Of a stretch of 64,000 bases of DNA, positions 35,254 through 44,447 are shown piece after piece. Source of the DNA: Pseudomonadota bacterium (lineage in GTDB: Bacteria > Desulfobacterota > Binatia > UBA1149); NCBI GenBank assembly GCA_014382245.1, contig JACNKC010000048.1, positions 2,032-66,031 on the forward strand, read 5' to 3'. Within the stretch, counting starts at the first letter, position 1; the number at the start of each line of letters is the position of its first letter. The notes under the pieces were generated by a model, which was not told the origin of the DNA, did not search any database, and saw only the letters and a list, made by a program, of their open reading frames with translations. Made by a program: the position numbers and the translations under genes.

Positions 35254-36888
35254 TCAGCCCTGTAGCTCGCCGGTGGCTACGCGCAGAGCCCAGCGGTAGT
35301 CGGGCTTGCCGCTGGGCGCCCGCTCCACGGTCTCCACCAGGTGAAGTTCGCGCGGCAGCTTGTAGCCGGCGATGCGGCTGCGACAATGTTCCTGCAGCGA
35401 CTCGAGGGTGAGCTCGCGATTTTTGCGGGCTTGCACGACCGCGGCCACGCGGTTGCCCCAGCGCTCATCGGGTACGCCGACCACCACGCAGTCAAAAGCG
35501 TCGGGGTGCGACTTGACCGCCGCCTCGACTTCCTCGGGGTAGATCTTTTCGCCACCCGAGTTGATCGACACCGAGCCTCTACCGAGCAGCGTGATGGTCC
35601 CGTCTTCTTCGAGCGTGGCCCAGTCGCCGGGCATCGAGTAACGCCGGCCGTCGGCACCGGTTATGAAGGTTTCGGCCGACTTGGCCGGGTCCTTGTAATA
35701 CTCGAGCGGAATGTCGCCGCTGCGCGCTACCTTGCCTACCTCTCCCGAACCGGCCACGACCGGCTCGAGAGTTTCGGGGTTGAGCACGGTCGCGTCGCGG
35801 CCGGCCTGTACGGTGGGGCCGCCGCCCTTCATGGCGGTATTGCCCTTGGTGATCATGGCCATTCCGTTGTTGCCTGATTCGGACGAGCCGATGCTGTCTA
35901 TGATTATGAGGCCAGGAAAGCGTTCGAAGAACGCGTCCTTCACCGTGGGCGAAAATACCGCGGCGGTGCTCACCAGCACGAACAGCGAGGAGCTGTCGTG
36001 GCGGGCGACCTCGGGCTGCTCGAGAGCTTCGACCAGCGGGCGGCCCATGGCGTCGCCGGTGATCATGATGGTGTCCACCTTCTGCTCGGCCACCAGTCGC
36101 CAGACCTCGGCCGGGTCGAAGCGTGCCATAAGCACCACCTTGCGGCCCAGGAAGGACCCCCCCATGACCGACCACTGCGTGGCCCCGTGCATGAGCGGCG
36201 CGATGGGCAGTTGCACCGAGCGGCCGGCGTCGGCCTGGGCGCGCTTGACCATGTCGCCCGGGTGGGTCGCCCGCACGCCGGTCTGCGGGTCGTTGCCGCC
36301 GCCCAGTGCGAAGAACACGTCCTCGTGCCGCCACACCACGCCCTTGGGCATTCCCGTGGTGCCGCCGGTGTAAAGAATATAGTGATCGTCGGCCGACCTC
36401 GGGCCGAAGTCGCGTTCGGGCGAACCGCTGAGCATGGCTGCTTCGTAGTCCACCGGGGGAGGCGACAGCAGCCCGGTGTCGGCGTCGGAGCCGTCGTCCA
36501 CAACAACCGTGAATCGCAGGTCGGGCAGCGAGTCGATCACGGCCGCCACCCGGGGCGTAAACTCGCGCGCGAAGACAAGCCCTACGAGGTCGGCGTTCTC
36601 GAACAGGTAGGCCAGTTCGTCTTCGACGTAGCGGTAGTTGATGTTGATCCATACCGCGCGGACCTTGAACACTGCCCACAGGGTTTCGACCCACTCCAGC
36701 GAGTTGTAGGCGTATATGCCCACGTGGTCGCCCGGCTGCACGCCCTGCTCGATGAGGAAGTGCGCCAGGCGGTTGGCGCGCTGTTCCATCTCGGCGTAGC
36801 TGCAACTGCGGCCGTCTACCTGCAGGTAGTCGCTGTCGCCGAAGTGGTCGACGGTGTTCTCAAAAAGATCGGCCAGGTTGAATTCCAC
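35254..36888 (-). CDS. Acyl-CoA synthetase (AMP-dependent synthetase/ligase)
   Basis: Has the YTGGTTGMPKGV AMP-binding motif and a C-terminal SGKPDYR-type motif. Confidence 0.85.
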   Translation of the reverse strand: MEFNLADLFENTVDHFGDSDYLQVDGRSCSYAEMEQRANRLAHFLIEQGVQPGDHVGIYAYNSLEWVETLWAVFKVRAVWININYRYVEDELAYLFENADLVGLVFAREFTPRVAAVIDSLPDLRFTVVVDDGSDADTGLLSPPPVDYEAAMLSGSPERDFGPRSADDHYILYTGGTTGMPKGVVWRHEDVFFALGGGNDPQTGVRATHPGDMVKRAQADAGRSVQLPIAPLMHGATQWSVMGGSFLGRKVVLMARFDPAEVWRLVAEQKVDTIMITGDAMGRPLVEALEQPEVARHDSSSLFVLVSTAAVFSPTVKDAFFERFPGLIIIDSIGSSESGNNGMAMITKGNTAMKGGGPTVQAGRDATVLNPETLEPVVAGSGEVGKVARSGDIPLEYYKDPAKSAETFITGADGRRYSMPGDWATLEEDGTITLLGRGSVSINSGGEKIYPEEVEAAVKSHPDAFDCVVVGVPDERWGNRVAAVVQARKNRELTLESLQEHCRSRIAGYKLPRELHLVETVERAPSGKPDYRWALRVATGELQG

Positions 36889-36918
36889 GGCTCGTGCTCC
36901 CCCGGCGCTCGGCGCCGA

Positions 36919-39351
36919 TCAGTAGATTACCTTTTCTTCGACCAGGCGGGCGTACTCGGCCTCGTCCATGCCCAGGGTGTCGACAAACACGCGGTGGTTG
37001 TCCTGCCCCATTGCCGGACCCGGCTTGACTACTACCCGGCTGCTGCCCATTTTTACATAACTGCCGTAAATCGTTTCGTTGAAGCCCAGCGGATGGGTGA
37101 CCTCGATGAAGGTATCGCGTGCTTTCCAGTGTGGGTCGGTGAGCAGGTCGCCCACGTTGAGCACCGGCGTGGCGGCTACTCCAACCGCCTGCAGGCGCTC
37201 AACGAGCTCGCGGTCGCCGCAGCCGGCCGTCCACGCACCCAGCTGCTCGTGCAGCCTGTCTAGATCTTCCAAGCGACCCGCGCTGCTCTCGTAGCGTTCT
37301 TCGGCGGCCCAGTCGGGGTCGCCCATGGCCCCGGTGAGTGCGCGCCACTCGAGGTCGTTGCTCACGGCGATGGCTATCCAGCGGTCTTCGCCGGCGCAGG
37401 GGAACACCCCGTGCGGCGCGGCTGCAGCCGTAGGGTGGCGGTTGCCCAGCGGGCCGGCCACGCGGCCGTTGAGTTCAAAGTCCATGTAAGCGGGGCCCAC
37501 CAACTGCATGGCGGCTTCCTGCTGCGAGTAGTCAACGTGCTGTCCTTCGCCGCTGCTGCGTCGCCAGGCGAGCGCGGCCAGTATGGCGTAGGCACCCAGT
37601 ATGCCGTTCATGGGGTCGCAGAAGGCGTTCTCCATGGGCACCGGCGGACCATCGGCGTATCCGTTGAGACTGTCCAGGCCGGTGAGGCTCGACAGGCTCA
37701 TGCCGTAGGTGCGCACGTCCTTGAGCGGGCCGTACTGCCCGGCGGCGGGCATCGAGAACAGGATCACGTCTTCGCGCACGCGCTTGAGTTCGTCGTAACC
37801 CAGCCCGAGGCGTTGCATGACGCCGGGGCCGAAGTTTTCGATCACCACGTCGCAGCTGGCCACCAGCTCGCGCGCCAGCTCCAGTCCACGCTCCTGCTTG
37901 AGGTCGAGTGTAACGCTGCCGTTGCCGGCCCAGCAGGCGTGGTTCGAAAGACTGCGATCGGGGCTGGCTTCGCCATCGGCAAAAGGAGGCAGCGTGCGAG
38001 TGAGGTCAACGCGGGTGCGCGACTCGACCTTTATGACATCAGCACCCAGGAAGGCCAGGGTCTGCCCGGTCACCGGCCCCGCCCACACCCAGCCGAAATT
38101 GGCCACGCGCAGCCCTTCGAGCGGCAGGCGTCCGCTGTCCGTGGGAGTCGCGGCGTCCGGAGCCGAGGCATCCGGAGTCGCGGCACGGGGAGCGGCGGCT
38201 GCGAGGATTTCGTCGTGGTGCTCACCGAGCAGCGGCGCCGCGGTCACGGCGCCACCGGGGCAGGCCGGCAGCTTGAAGGGTGCCCCCAGCGTGGTTACGC
38301 GTCCGAGCTCGGCGTGTTCGAGTTCGACCATGAAGCCGCGCTCGCGCAGGTGCTCGTGGCGGGCCGCTTCGGCCACCGTGAACACGGCCGTAACCGGCGC
38401 GCCCACGGCCTGGCAGCGGTCCATCAACTCGAACTTGCCCTGCTGGATGGTCCACTCTTCGAGCATGGAGTAGATGAGGTCGGAGTTCTGCGCCCTGGTG
38501 AACATGTCCTGGAAAATTTCGAGCTGCGCCCAGTCGGGGTTGCCCATGACCTCGACCAGCCCGTTCCACTGCGCGGCCTCCAGCGCTAGCACCCAGGCGT
38601 GACCGTCCTTGCAGGGCATGATCGTGGCGGGCGCGGCCAGCGACATGCCCACGCCGGTTCTCGAGTCGAAGACGCCGTCCTGTGCCAGCGCGCCTATGTT
38701 CTGGCCGCCGGTGAAGGTGGCCGCGATCGCCTCGGCCGAAGACACGTCGAGCTGCTGTCCACTACCCACCTTGTCGCGTCCCAGGGTGGCGGCCAGTCCC
38801 CAGGCCGCGCCCGTAATGGCCCCGTAGAAGTCGGCGGCAAAGGTTCCGATCTCGAGCGGGGCCTGGTCAGGCTTTCCACAGTAACGACTGCCCGCGCCCG
38901 TCATGTGCCAGGCGTTAAGATCGACGGCCTTCCACTCGGCGGCCGGCCCGGTCTGCCCCAGCGGGGTGATCGAGACCACGACCAGTTGCGGGTTTACGGC
39001 CGCGAGGGCGGCGTAGTCGATGCCGAGCTCGCGTTTCTTCGCGGGCGACTGGTTCTCGACGAGCATGTCGGCCGTGCGCAACAGGTCGAAGAAGAGTTCG
39101 AGACCTTCGCCGCTGTCGAGGTCGAGCACGACGCTGCGCTTGTTGCTGTTCAGAAAAAAGAACAACCCGCTTTTCTCGGGGTGGGCTTCGTCACCCGGAA
39201 AAGGCCCCAGCGCACGGGCCGGGTCGCCACCCGGGGGCTCCACCTTGACGACGTCGGCGCCGTAGTCGGCCAGCAGCTTGGCGCAGAAGGGTGCAGAGAC
39301 GCCTTCGCCAAGCTCGATTACGCGAATTTCCGAAAGGGCTTCCTTGCTCAT
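36919..39351 (-). CDS. Tandem fusion of two family III CoA-transferase (CaiB/BaiF) domains
   Basis: Has two N-terminal-type signatures, IRVIELGEGVSAPFCAKLLADYGADVVKVE and LRVANFGWVWAGPVTGQTLAFLGADVIKVE, about 430 aa apart. The start is set at the ATG at 39351. Confidence 0.8.
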   Translation of the reverse strand: MSKEALSEIRVIELGEGVSAPFCAKLLADYGADVVKVEPPGGDPARALGPFPGDEAHPEKSGLFFFLNSNKRSVVLDLDSGEGLELFFDLLRTADMLVENQSPAKKRELGIDYAALAAVNPQLVVVSITPLGQTGPAAEWKAVDLNAWHMTGAGSRYCGKPDQAPLEIGTFAADFYGAITGAAWGLAATLGRDKVGSGQQLDVSSAEAIAATFTGGQNIGALAQDGVFDSRTGVGMSLAAPATIMPCKDGHAWVLALEAAQWNGLVEVMGNPDWAQLEIFQDMFTRAQNSDLIYSMLEEWTIQQGKFELMDRCQAVGAPVTAVFTVAEAARHEHLRERGFMVELEHAELGRVTTLGAPFKLPACPGGAVTAAPLLGEHHDEILAAAAPRAATPDASAPDAATPTDSGRLPLEGLRVANFGWVWAGPVTGQTLAFLGADVIKVESRTRVDLTRTLPPFADGEASPDRSLSNHACWAGNGSVTLDLKQERGLELARELVASCDVVIENFGPGVMQRLGLGYDELKRVREDVILFSMPAAGQYGPLKDVRTYGMSLSSLTGLDSLNGYADGPPVPMENAFCDPMNGILGAYAILAALAWRRSSGEGQHVDYSQQEAAMQLVGPAYMDFELNGRVAGPLGNRHPTAAAAPHGVFPCAGEDRWIAIAVSNDLEWRALTGAMGDPDWAAEERYESSAGRLEDLDRLHEQLGAWTAGCGDRELVERLQAVGVAATPVLNVGDLLTDPHWKARDTFIEVTHPLGFNETIYGSYVKMGSSRVVVKPGPAMGQDNHRVFVDTLGMDEAEYARLVEEKVIY

Positions 39352-39425
39352 CGTGAATTGGACATCGGCGCCCGGCGGGCACCGTGAGCCGCGAATATAG
39401 GGGGTATACAGCATGCTGTCCAGCA

Positions 39426-39445
39426 GAATAGAACTTGTTCTATTC
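39426..39445. promoter_or_regulatory. Palindromic operator candidate (GAATAGAAC-TT-GTTCTATTC) in a divergent promoter region
   Basis: Has 9-bp perfect inverted arms. The core TAGAACTTGTTCTA fits TnnAACnnGTTnnA. Confidence 0.5.
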
Positions 39446-39514
39446 CAGTTACCCGGCTAGGTTCCCCGGTGTCGGGGCGTCCGTTCGCGACCCCGCGGGA
39501 GTGAGCTTTCAGAC

Positions 39515-40618
39515 ATGCCAAAGAACCCCCTGCACACGAAATTATGCGATATGCTCGAGATCGAGTTTCCGGTGATGGCCTTCACCCACTGCAAGGACGT
39601 GGTGGTGGCGGTTGTCAACGCGGGTGGTTTTGCCTGCCTGGGCGAGGCCATGCATCCGCCCGACCGCATCAGCCAGGACATCAACTGGATACGCGAGCGC
39701 GTGGGCGGCAAGCCCTTCGGCGTTGACCTCGTACTGCCGTCGTCGGCGCCGCCGGCGGGTACCGTGGACAAGCTGCACGAGGGCATTCCGGACGACTACT
39801 GGGCCTACGCCCGCAGCATTCTTGATAAGTACGACGTTCCCCCACCCAAGGCCGAGCAGGACCTGCACACCTGGGGCGGGCTCAACCAGGAGATCGCCCG
39901 CGAACAGATGGACGTGGTGCTGGAAGAAAAAGCACCTGTGTTCTGCTCGGGGCTGGGAAGCCCGCACTTCATGGTCGAGGCGGCGCACGAGCGTGGCATG
40001 AAGGTGATGGGGCTGGTGGGTAAGAAACGCCAGGCCGTGCGCGAGCTCGAGGCCGGTGTCGACGCGATCATCGCCCAGGGCTACGACGCCGCCGGCCACA
40101 CCGGGCCCATAGGCACCTTCTCGGTGGTTCCCGAGGTTGTGTCGGTGGCAGGCGACACGCCGGTGGTCGCTGCGGGTGGAATATCCACTGGTCAGCACCT
40201 GGCCGCTGCACTCTGCCTGGGCGCCGCCGGTGTGTGGACCGGGTCGATGTGGCTGTGCTCGCGCGAGTCGGACACCGACATGGTCATGAAAGAAAAACTC
40301 CTGGCCGCCGACGCCGACAGCACGGTTTACTCCAGCAGCATTTCGGGATTCTCGATGCGCGTGACGCGTTGCCCCTGGACCGACGAATGGGCCAAGGCCG
40401 ACGCGCTCAAGCCGCTGCACTCTCCCTACCAGATGCTGCTCAGCTCGGAGTACATACAGGGTGCCAACGACCACCGCCGCGGCGATCTCATGACCGAGGC
40501 AGCCGGCCAGGGCATAGGCTTCGTGACCGAGATGAAGCCGGCGCGGCAGATGATGTTCGACATGGTCGAAGAGGCGCTCGAAACCTTTGAGAACCTCACA
40601 GGCGTGATGCCCGGGTAA
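39515..40618 (+). CDS. Nitronate monooxygenase / NMO-family FMN oxidoreductase
   Basis: Has IIAQGYDAAGHTG and VVAAGGISTG blocks typical of the 2-nitropropane dioxygenase-like family. Confidence 0.8.
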   Translation: MPKNPLHTKLCDMLEIEFPVMAFTHCKDVVVAVVNAGGFACLGEAMHPPDRISQDINWIRERVGGKPFGVDLVLPSSAPPAGTVDKLHEGIPDDYWAYARSILDKYDVPPPKAEQDLHTWGGLNQEIAREQMDVVLEEKAPVFCSGLGSPHFMVEAAHERGMKVMGLVGKKRQAVRELEAGVDAIIAQGYDAAGHTGPIGTFSVVPEVVSVAGDTPVVAAGGISTGQHLAAALCLGAAGVWTGSMWLCSRESDTDMVMKEKLLAADADSTVYSSSISGFSMRVTRCPWTDEWAKADALKPLHSPYQMLLSSEYIQGANDHRRGDLMTEAAGQGIGFVTEMKPARQMMFDMVEEALETFENLTGVMPG

Positions 40619-40737
40619 GCGTGGCCGGTCCGAGCAACGAGATCCCCGGCCGCCGGGGCCTGGAACCATCGGCCGTCGACCGACGCGCCGAGTGCGAGGG
40701 CGGCGGGCCACTGCCGGGCACGCGCTGGGCGGCGCGC

Positions 40738-40974
40738 ATGGAGTTCACCGGTCGCCTGACGGGCGAGTACGTGGACCACGGTGACCCGCCGTGGCGCTGG
40801 TACCTGATGGTCGATCTTGAGAAGAAGCCCGACCAGTGGGAGTGGAAAAGCGCGTGGTGCGAGTCGTCGAGCCTCTACTACGACGACGACAGCGGACCGC
40901 CGGGCGCCCTGTCGGGCAGCGCGCCCGGCAGGGCGCCATCGCCCGGTGCAGAAACTTCAGAGGGCAAGGATTAG
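40738..40974 (+). CDS. Small hypothetical protein (78 aa)
   Basis: Begins at an internal ATG of a 117-aa tracked ORF. It has a host-like GC3-rich codon pattern, no recognisable family, and fills the gap between the NMO and etfB genes. Confidence 0.3.
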   Translation: MEFTGRLTGEYVDHGDPPWRWYLMVDLEKKPDQWEWKSAWCESSSLYYDDDSGPPGALSGSAPGRAPSPGAETSEGKD

Positions 40975-40978
40975 CGAC

Positions 40979-41794
40979 ATGAGAGTTGTAGTGTGTGCAA
41001 GGGAGGTGCTCGACCCCGACGCGGTGAGCAACTACGTGCTCGAGGGCAAGCTCGAGATCGGCGAGGACGGACGCAGCGTGGTCAACGCGAGCATCCCCCG
41101 TCTCATGAACGCTTACGACGAGCAGGCACTCGAAGCGGCGCTGCGACTCAAGGACAACGACGAGTCGGTGACGGTAGACGTCGTGAGCCTCGGTAGCGAT
41201 TCGGCCGACATACTCAAGCACGCCGCCGCCATGGGCGCCGACGGCATCTTTCATCTCGCTGCCGATCCCGCCGGTCTCGATTGCTCGGCCATAGGCCGAC
41301 TGCTCGGCGCGTGGGTGGGCAGCAGCGGCGGGGCCCAGCTGGTTCTCTGTGGTCGCCAGGCCTCCGACGATGACCAGGGCGTGGTTCCGGCCGTGTTGGC
41401 CGAGGCGCTGTCGTTACCGCTGGTGACCATAGCCCGCGACGTGGCCGTGGCCGGCGACGGCTGGAGGGTGATACGCGCGACCCCCGACGGCGACGAGACC
41501 GTGCAGGTGGACTGCAGCGCGGTGGTCACCATATCCAACGAACTCGGGGACCCGCGGTACCCCACGATGTCGAACAAGATGAAGGCACGCCGGCGCACGG
41601 CCGAAACCGTGGAGCCCTCTTCGCTGGGACTGTCGGCCGATGAGCTGGCCCCCCGTGTCGTGATGACCAGCACTTCGGTGCCCGAGCTGCACGGCCAGTG
41701 CGAGTTCATAGAGGGCGGCAGTGTCGACGAGCAGGCCGCGGCCCTGGTCGCGCGCCTGCGCCAGGACGAGGCCATCGCCGGGGGGAGCGCCTGA
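40979..41794 (+). CDS. etfB: Electron transfer flavoprotein beta subunit
   Basis: Has the MRVVVCAREVLDPD start and an EtfB-like layout. Its stop overlaps the etfA ATG (ATGA). Confidence 0.8.
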   Translation: MRVVVCAREVLDPDAVSNYVLEGKLEIGEDGRSVVNASIPRLMNAYDEQALEAALRLKDNDESVTVDVVSLGSDSADILKHAAAMGADGIFHLAADPAGLDCSAIGRLLGAWVGSSGGAQLVLCGRQASDDDQGVVPAVLAEALSLPLVTIARDVAVAGDGWRVIRATPDGDETVQVDCSAVVTISNELGDPRYPTMSNKMKARRRTAETVEPSSLGLSADELAPRVVMTSTSVPELHGQCEFIEGGSVDEQAAALVARLRQDEAIAGGSA

Positions 41795-42771
41795 TGGCTT
41801 CGCGCGACGTAGTGCTGTTGAGCATCGACAGCGGCCGCGACGGGCTGCCGTCAAACGCGTTGCGACTCGCCGCCATGGGTCGGCGACTGGCCGACCAACG
41901 CGGTGGACAACTGCGCTGGCTGGTGCTGGGAGATCTTCCAACGCAACTGGCGACGCTGGCGGGCAGCTACGGTGTCACCGCTGTTGACCACGCCGACGAT
42001 GACTCGCTCGGTGGCTGGGCCGGCGACGCGCAGGTGAACGCGGCGGCCAGCTATCTTGGCGACCGCCAGGGCGCGCTGCTGATCGCGGCCCAGACCTTTG
42101 ACTCGCGCTGTATCGTGCCGCGCATCGCCGCGCGCCTGGGCTGCGGCGTTGTGATGAACGTGGTCGACCTCGACTCCGACGACGACGGCCTCTCGCTTAC
42201 GGCTGCTGCTTATGGCGGTGACACGCGCTCGGGCTATCGTTTTGAAGGCGACGCCACCGCGGTGGTGGCGCTGGGCGACAACGTTGTCGACGCCGGTCCG
42301 GCCGGCTCGCAAGGAGAGGCACCGCTGGAGACCGTTTCGCTTGATTGTGGCGAGCCCGAGAGGGTGAGCGTGGTCGAGCGCGCGGTCACCGAGGGTCCGC
42401 GTCTCGAAGACGCCGAGGTCATAGTGGCCGGAGGTCGTGGGCTGCAGGACGCCGCCAACCTGGGGCTGGTAGAAGAGCTGGCCACCGCCCTGGGCGGCGT
42501 GGTGGGCGCGTCGAGGCCCATAGTAGACGACGGTTGGATAGACCGTTCGCAGCAGGTGGGGCTTACAGGAAGCATCACCAGGCCGCGCCTTTACATAGCC
42601 GCCGGTATTTCGGGCGCCAGCCAGCACATGGTCGGCTGCACTTCGGCCAAGACCCTGGTGGCCATCAACATAGACCCCGACGCGGCGGTGTTTCGCCAGT
42701 GCCGCTACGGGCTGGTGGGCGATTGCCTCGAGTTGTTGCCTGCCATTACCCGCGCGATCAAAGAAAGCTGA
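41794..42771 (+). CDS. etfA: Electron transfer flavoprotein alpha subunit
   Basis: Has the C-terminal FAD signature PRLYIAAGISGASQHMVGCTSAKTLVAINIDPDAAVF. Confidence 0.85.
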   Translation: MASRDVVLLSIDSGRDGLPSNALRLAAMGRRLADQRGGQLRWLVLGDLPTQLATLAGSYGVTAVDHADDDSLGGWAGDAQVNAAASYLGDRQGALLIAAQTFDSRCIVPRIAARLGCGVVMNVVDLDSDDDGLSLTAAAYGGDTRSGYRFEGDATAVVALGDNVVDAGPAGSQGEAPLETVSLDCGEPERVSVVERAVTEGPRLEDAEVIVAGGRGLQDAANLGLVEELATALGGVVGASRPIVDDGWIDRSQQVGLTGSITRPRLYIAAGISGASQHMVGCTSAKTLVAINIDPDAAVFRQCRYGLVGDCLELLPAITRAIKES

Positions 42772-42790
42772 ACCCCGGGAGGATTGACCA

Positions 42791-43228
42791 TTGCCCCAAG
42801 CTACTCCAGTCGTAGAAGGATTGTTCACCGACACGGCCAACGGCCCGCGGCTTACCGGCTCGCGCTGCGCGGGCTGCGACATGCCCTACCTGCCCGTCTC
42901 GGCGCTGTGTCACAACCCCGACTGCGACGCTCCCGACCTGCAGCCGGCCGAGTTCGGTCCCTGGGGAGTCATCTGGAGTCTCGCGCGGCAGGACTACCCG
43001 CCGCCCGCGCCGGTCAAGTTCGATGAACCGTACCAGGCTTACGCCATGGCGGTGGTCGATCTCGACGACGGCCTGCGCGTGCTCGGCCGCGTGGCCACCG
43101 ACGATCCCGAGTCGGTGGACGTGGGCCAGAGGGTAGAGTTGATCATAGACACGCTGGCCCACGATGAGGACGGCAAGGAACTCAGTACCTGGAAATTCAG
43201 GGTGGTAGAGCAGGGGGCGGGCGCTTGA
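42791..43228 (+). CDS. DUF35 OB-fold / zinc-ribbon protein
   Basis: Has a CAGCDMPYLPVSALCHNPDC ribbon. Its stop overlaps the next thiolase-like gene. Confidence 0.7.
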   Translation: MPQATPVVEGLFTDTANGPRLTGSRCAGCDMPYLPVSALCHNPDCDAPDLQPAEFGPWGVIWSLARQDYPPPAPVKFDEPYQAYAMAVVDLDDGLRVLGRVATDDPESVDVGQRVELIIDTLAHDEDGKELSTWKFRVVEQGAGA

Positions 43229-44412
43229 GAGACGTAGCGGTAATCGGCCTCGGGATGCACCCCTGGGGTAAGTTCAAGGACAAGTCAGTCGGGGATCTCT
43301 GCCGGGTGGCGGTAGACCAGGCGCTGGCCGACGCGGGCGTGGCGTGGCGTGAGATCGAGGGCGTGGCTGCGGCCAGCTCGCGATTTTCAGGTGGCCGCGG
43401 CTGGGGCCTGAACGGCAATGACGTGGTCGATGATCTCGGCAACACCGGCGTGCCGGTCTACAACCTGTCGGCGGGCTGCGCCGCTGGCGGCAACGCGTTC
43501 AACGTGGGTTGGTCGATGGTTGCCAGCGGCATACACGACGTGATGCTGGTGGTGGGTGGCGAAAAAATGCCCAAGGGCTTTATACAGACTTCGGGCGTGG
43601 AGGAGGTCACCGACCCCGAGTACCTGCGCCAGGTCTGCGTGGGAATGCCGGGCCCGGCTTTCTGGGGCGCCATGTGTCGGCGCCGCATGGCCAAGCACGG
43701 CACCACCGAGGAGCAGTTGGCCAGGATAGCCGTCAAGGCCCACGCCAACTCGGTTCACAACAAGTGGGCGCGCTTTCGCAAGGAGTTCACCCTCGAGCAG
43801 GTGCTGGGCTCGGCCATGGTGAGTTACCCGCTGCGACTGTTCGAAATCTGCCCGGTGAGCGACGGCGCGGCTGCCGTGGTGATCTGCTCGGCCGACATCG
43901 CCCGCGCCAACAGCCGGCGCCCGGTGTGGGTGGCGGGCAGCGCGGTGGCGACCGCCCGCTTCGACGACGGCATTCCGCGAGGCCTGGCCGGCCCGGTGCC
44001 GGCGCACGGCGAGGCCTACCACAGCGAAGCCGCGCTGGCGGTAGAAAAAGCCATGGCCATGGCAGGTGTGAACCCCCCCGAGGTGGATTTCATGGAGCTG
44101 CAGGACAACACGGTCTTCTACGAGCTCAGTTTTCCCGAGGAGTGGGGCTTCTGTAAACCCGGCGAGGCCGAGGGATTGATGGAGGCTGGCGAGACCACCC
44201 CCACCGGCAGCATGCCGATCAATCCCAGTGGTGGCTTCCAGAGTTTTGGCGAGGCCACCACTGCCCAGGGTATATGGCAGGTCTGCGAGTTGGTGACCCA
44301 GTTGCGCGGGGATGGCGGTGGCCGCCAGGTGCCGGGGGCCGGGGTGGGGCTTGCCCAGGCGCTCGGACTGGGTGGCAATGGCAGCGCCGTGGTGATGAGA
44401 AGCGAGCTGTAA
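43225..44412 (+). CDS. Thiolase-like protein (SCP-x / Ltp type)
   Basis: 395 aa with CAAGGNAF active-site-Cys context and NPSGG...GEATTAQG near the C-terminus. Confidence 0.8.
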   Translation: MRDVAVIGLGMHPWGKFKDKSVGDLCRVAVDQALADAGVAWREIEGVAAASSRFSGGRGWGLNGNDVVDDLGNTGVPVYNLSAGCAAGGNAFNVGWSMVASGIHDVMLVVGGEKMPKGFIQTSGVEEVTDPEYLRQVCVGMPGPAFWGAMCRRRMAKHGTTEEQLARIAVKAHANSVHNKWARFRKEFTLEQVLGSAMVSYPLRLFEICPVSDGAAAVVICSADIARANSRRPVWVAGSAVATARFDDGIPRGLAGPVPAHGEAYHSEAALAVEKAMAMAGVNPPEVDFMELQDNTVFYELSFPEEWGFCKPGEAEGLMEAGETTPTGSMPINPSGGFQSFGEATTAQGIWQVCELVTQLRGDGGGRQVPGAGVGLAQALGLGGNGSAVVMRSEL

Positions 44413-44447
44413 CAGGCCCCTATGACTGCCGCCGGGAGAACAGGATA

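Noticed and set aside
40621-40974. The full 117-aa ORF starting at GTG 40621, immediately after the NMO gene stop.
   Set aside because: The first 39 codons are Arg/Gly/Pro-rich with no start signal. Only the internal ATG at 40738 is kept, as a low-confidence small CDS.
44274-44447. The upstream part of the 640-aa ORF, which overlaps the thiolase-like gene by about 140 nt.
   Set aside because: The Rossmann fold begins shortly after the GTG at 44448, which has a GGGAGAA RBS. The extension is the out-of-frame shadow of the thiolase 3' end.
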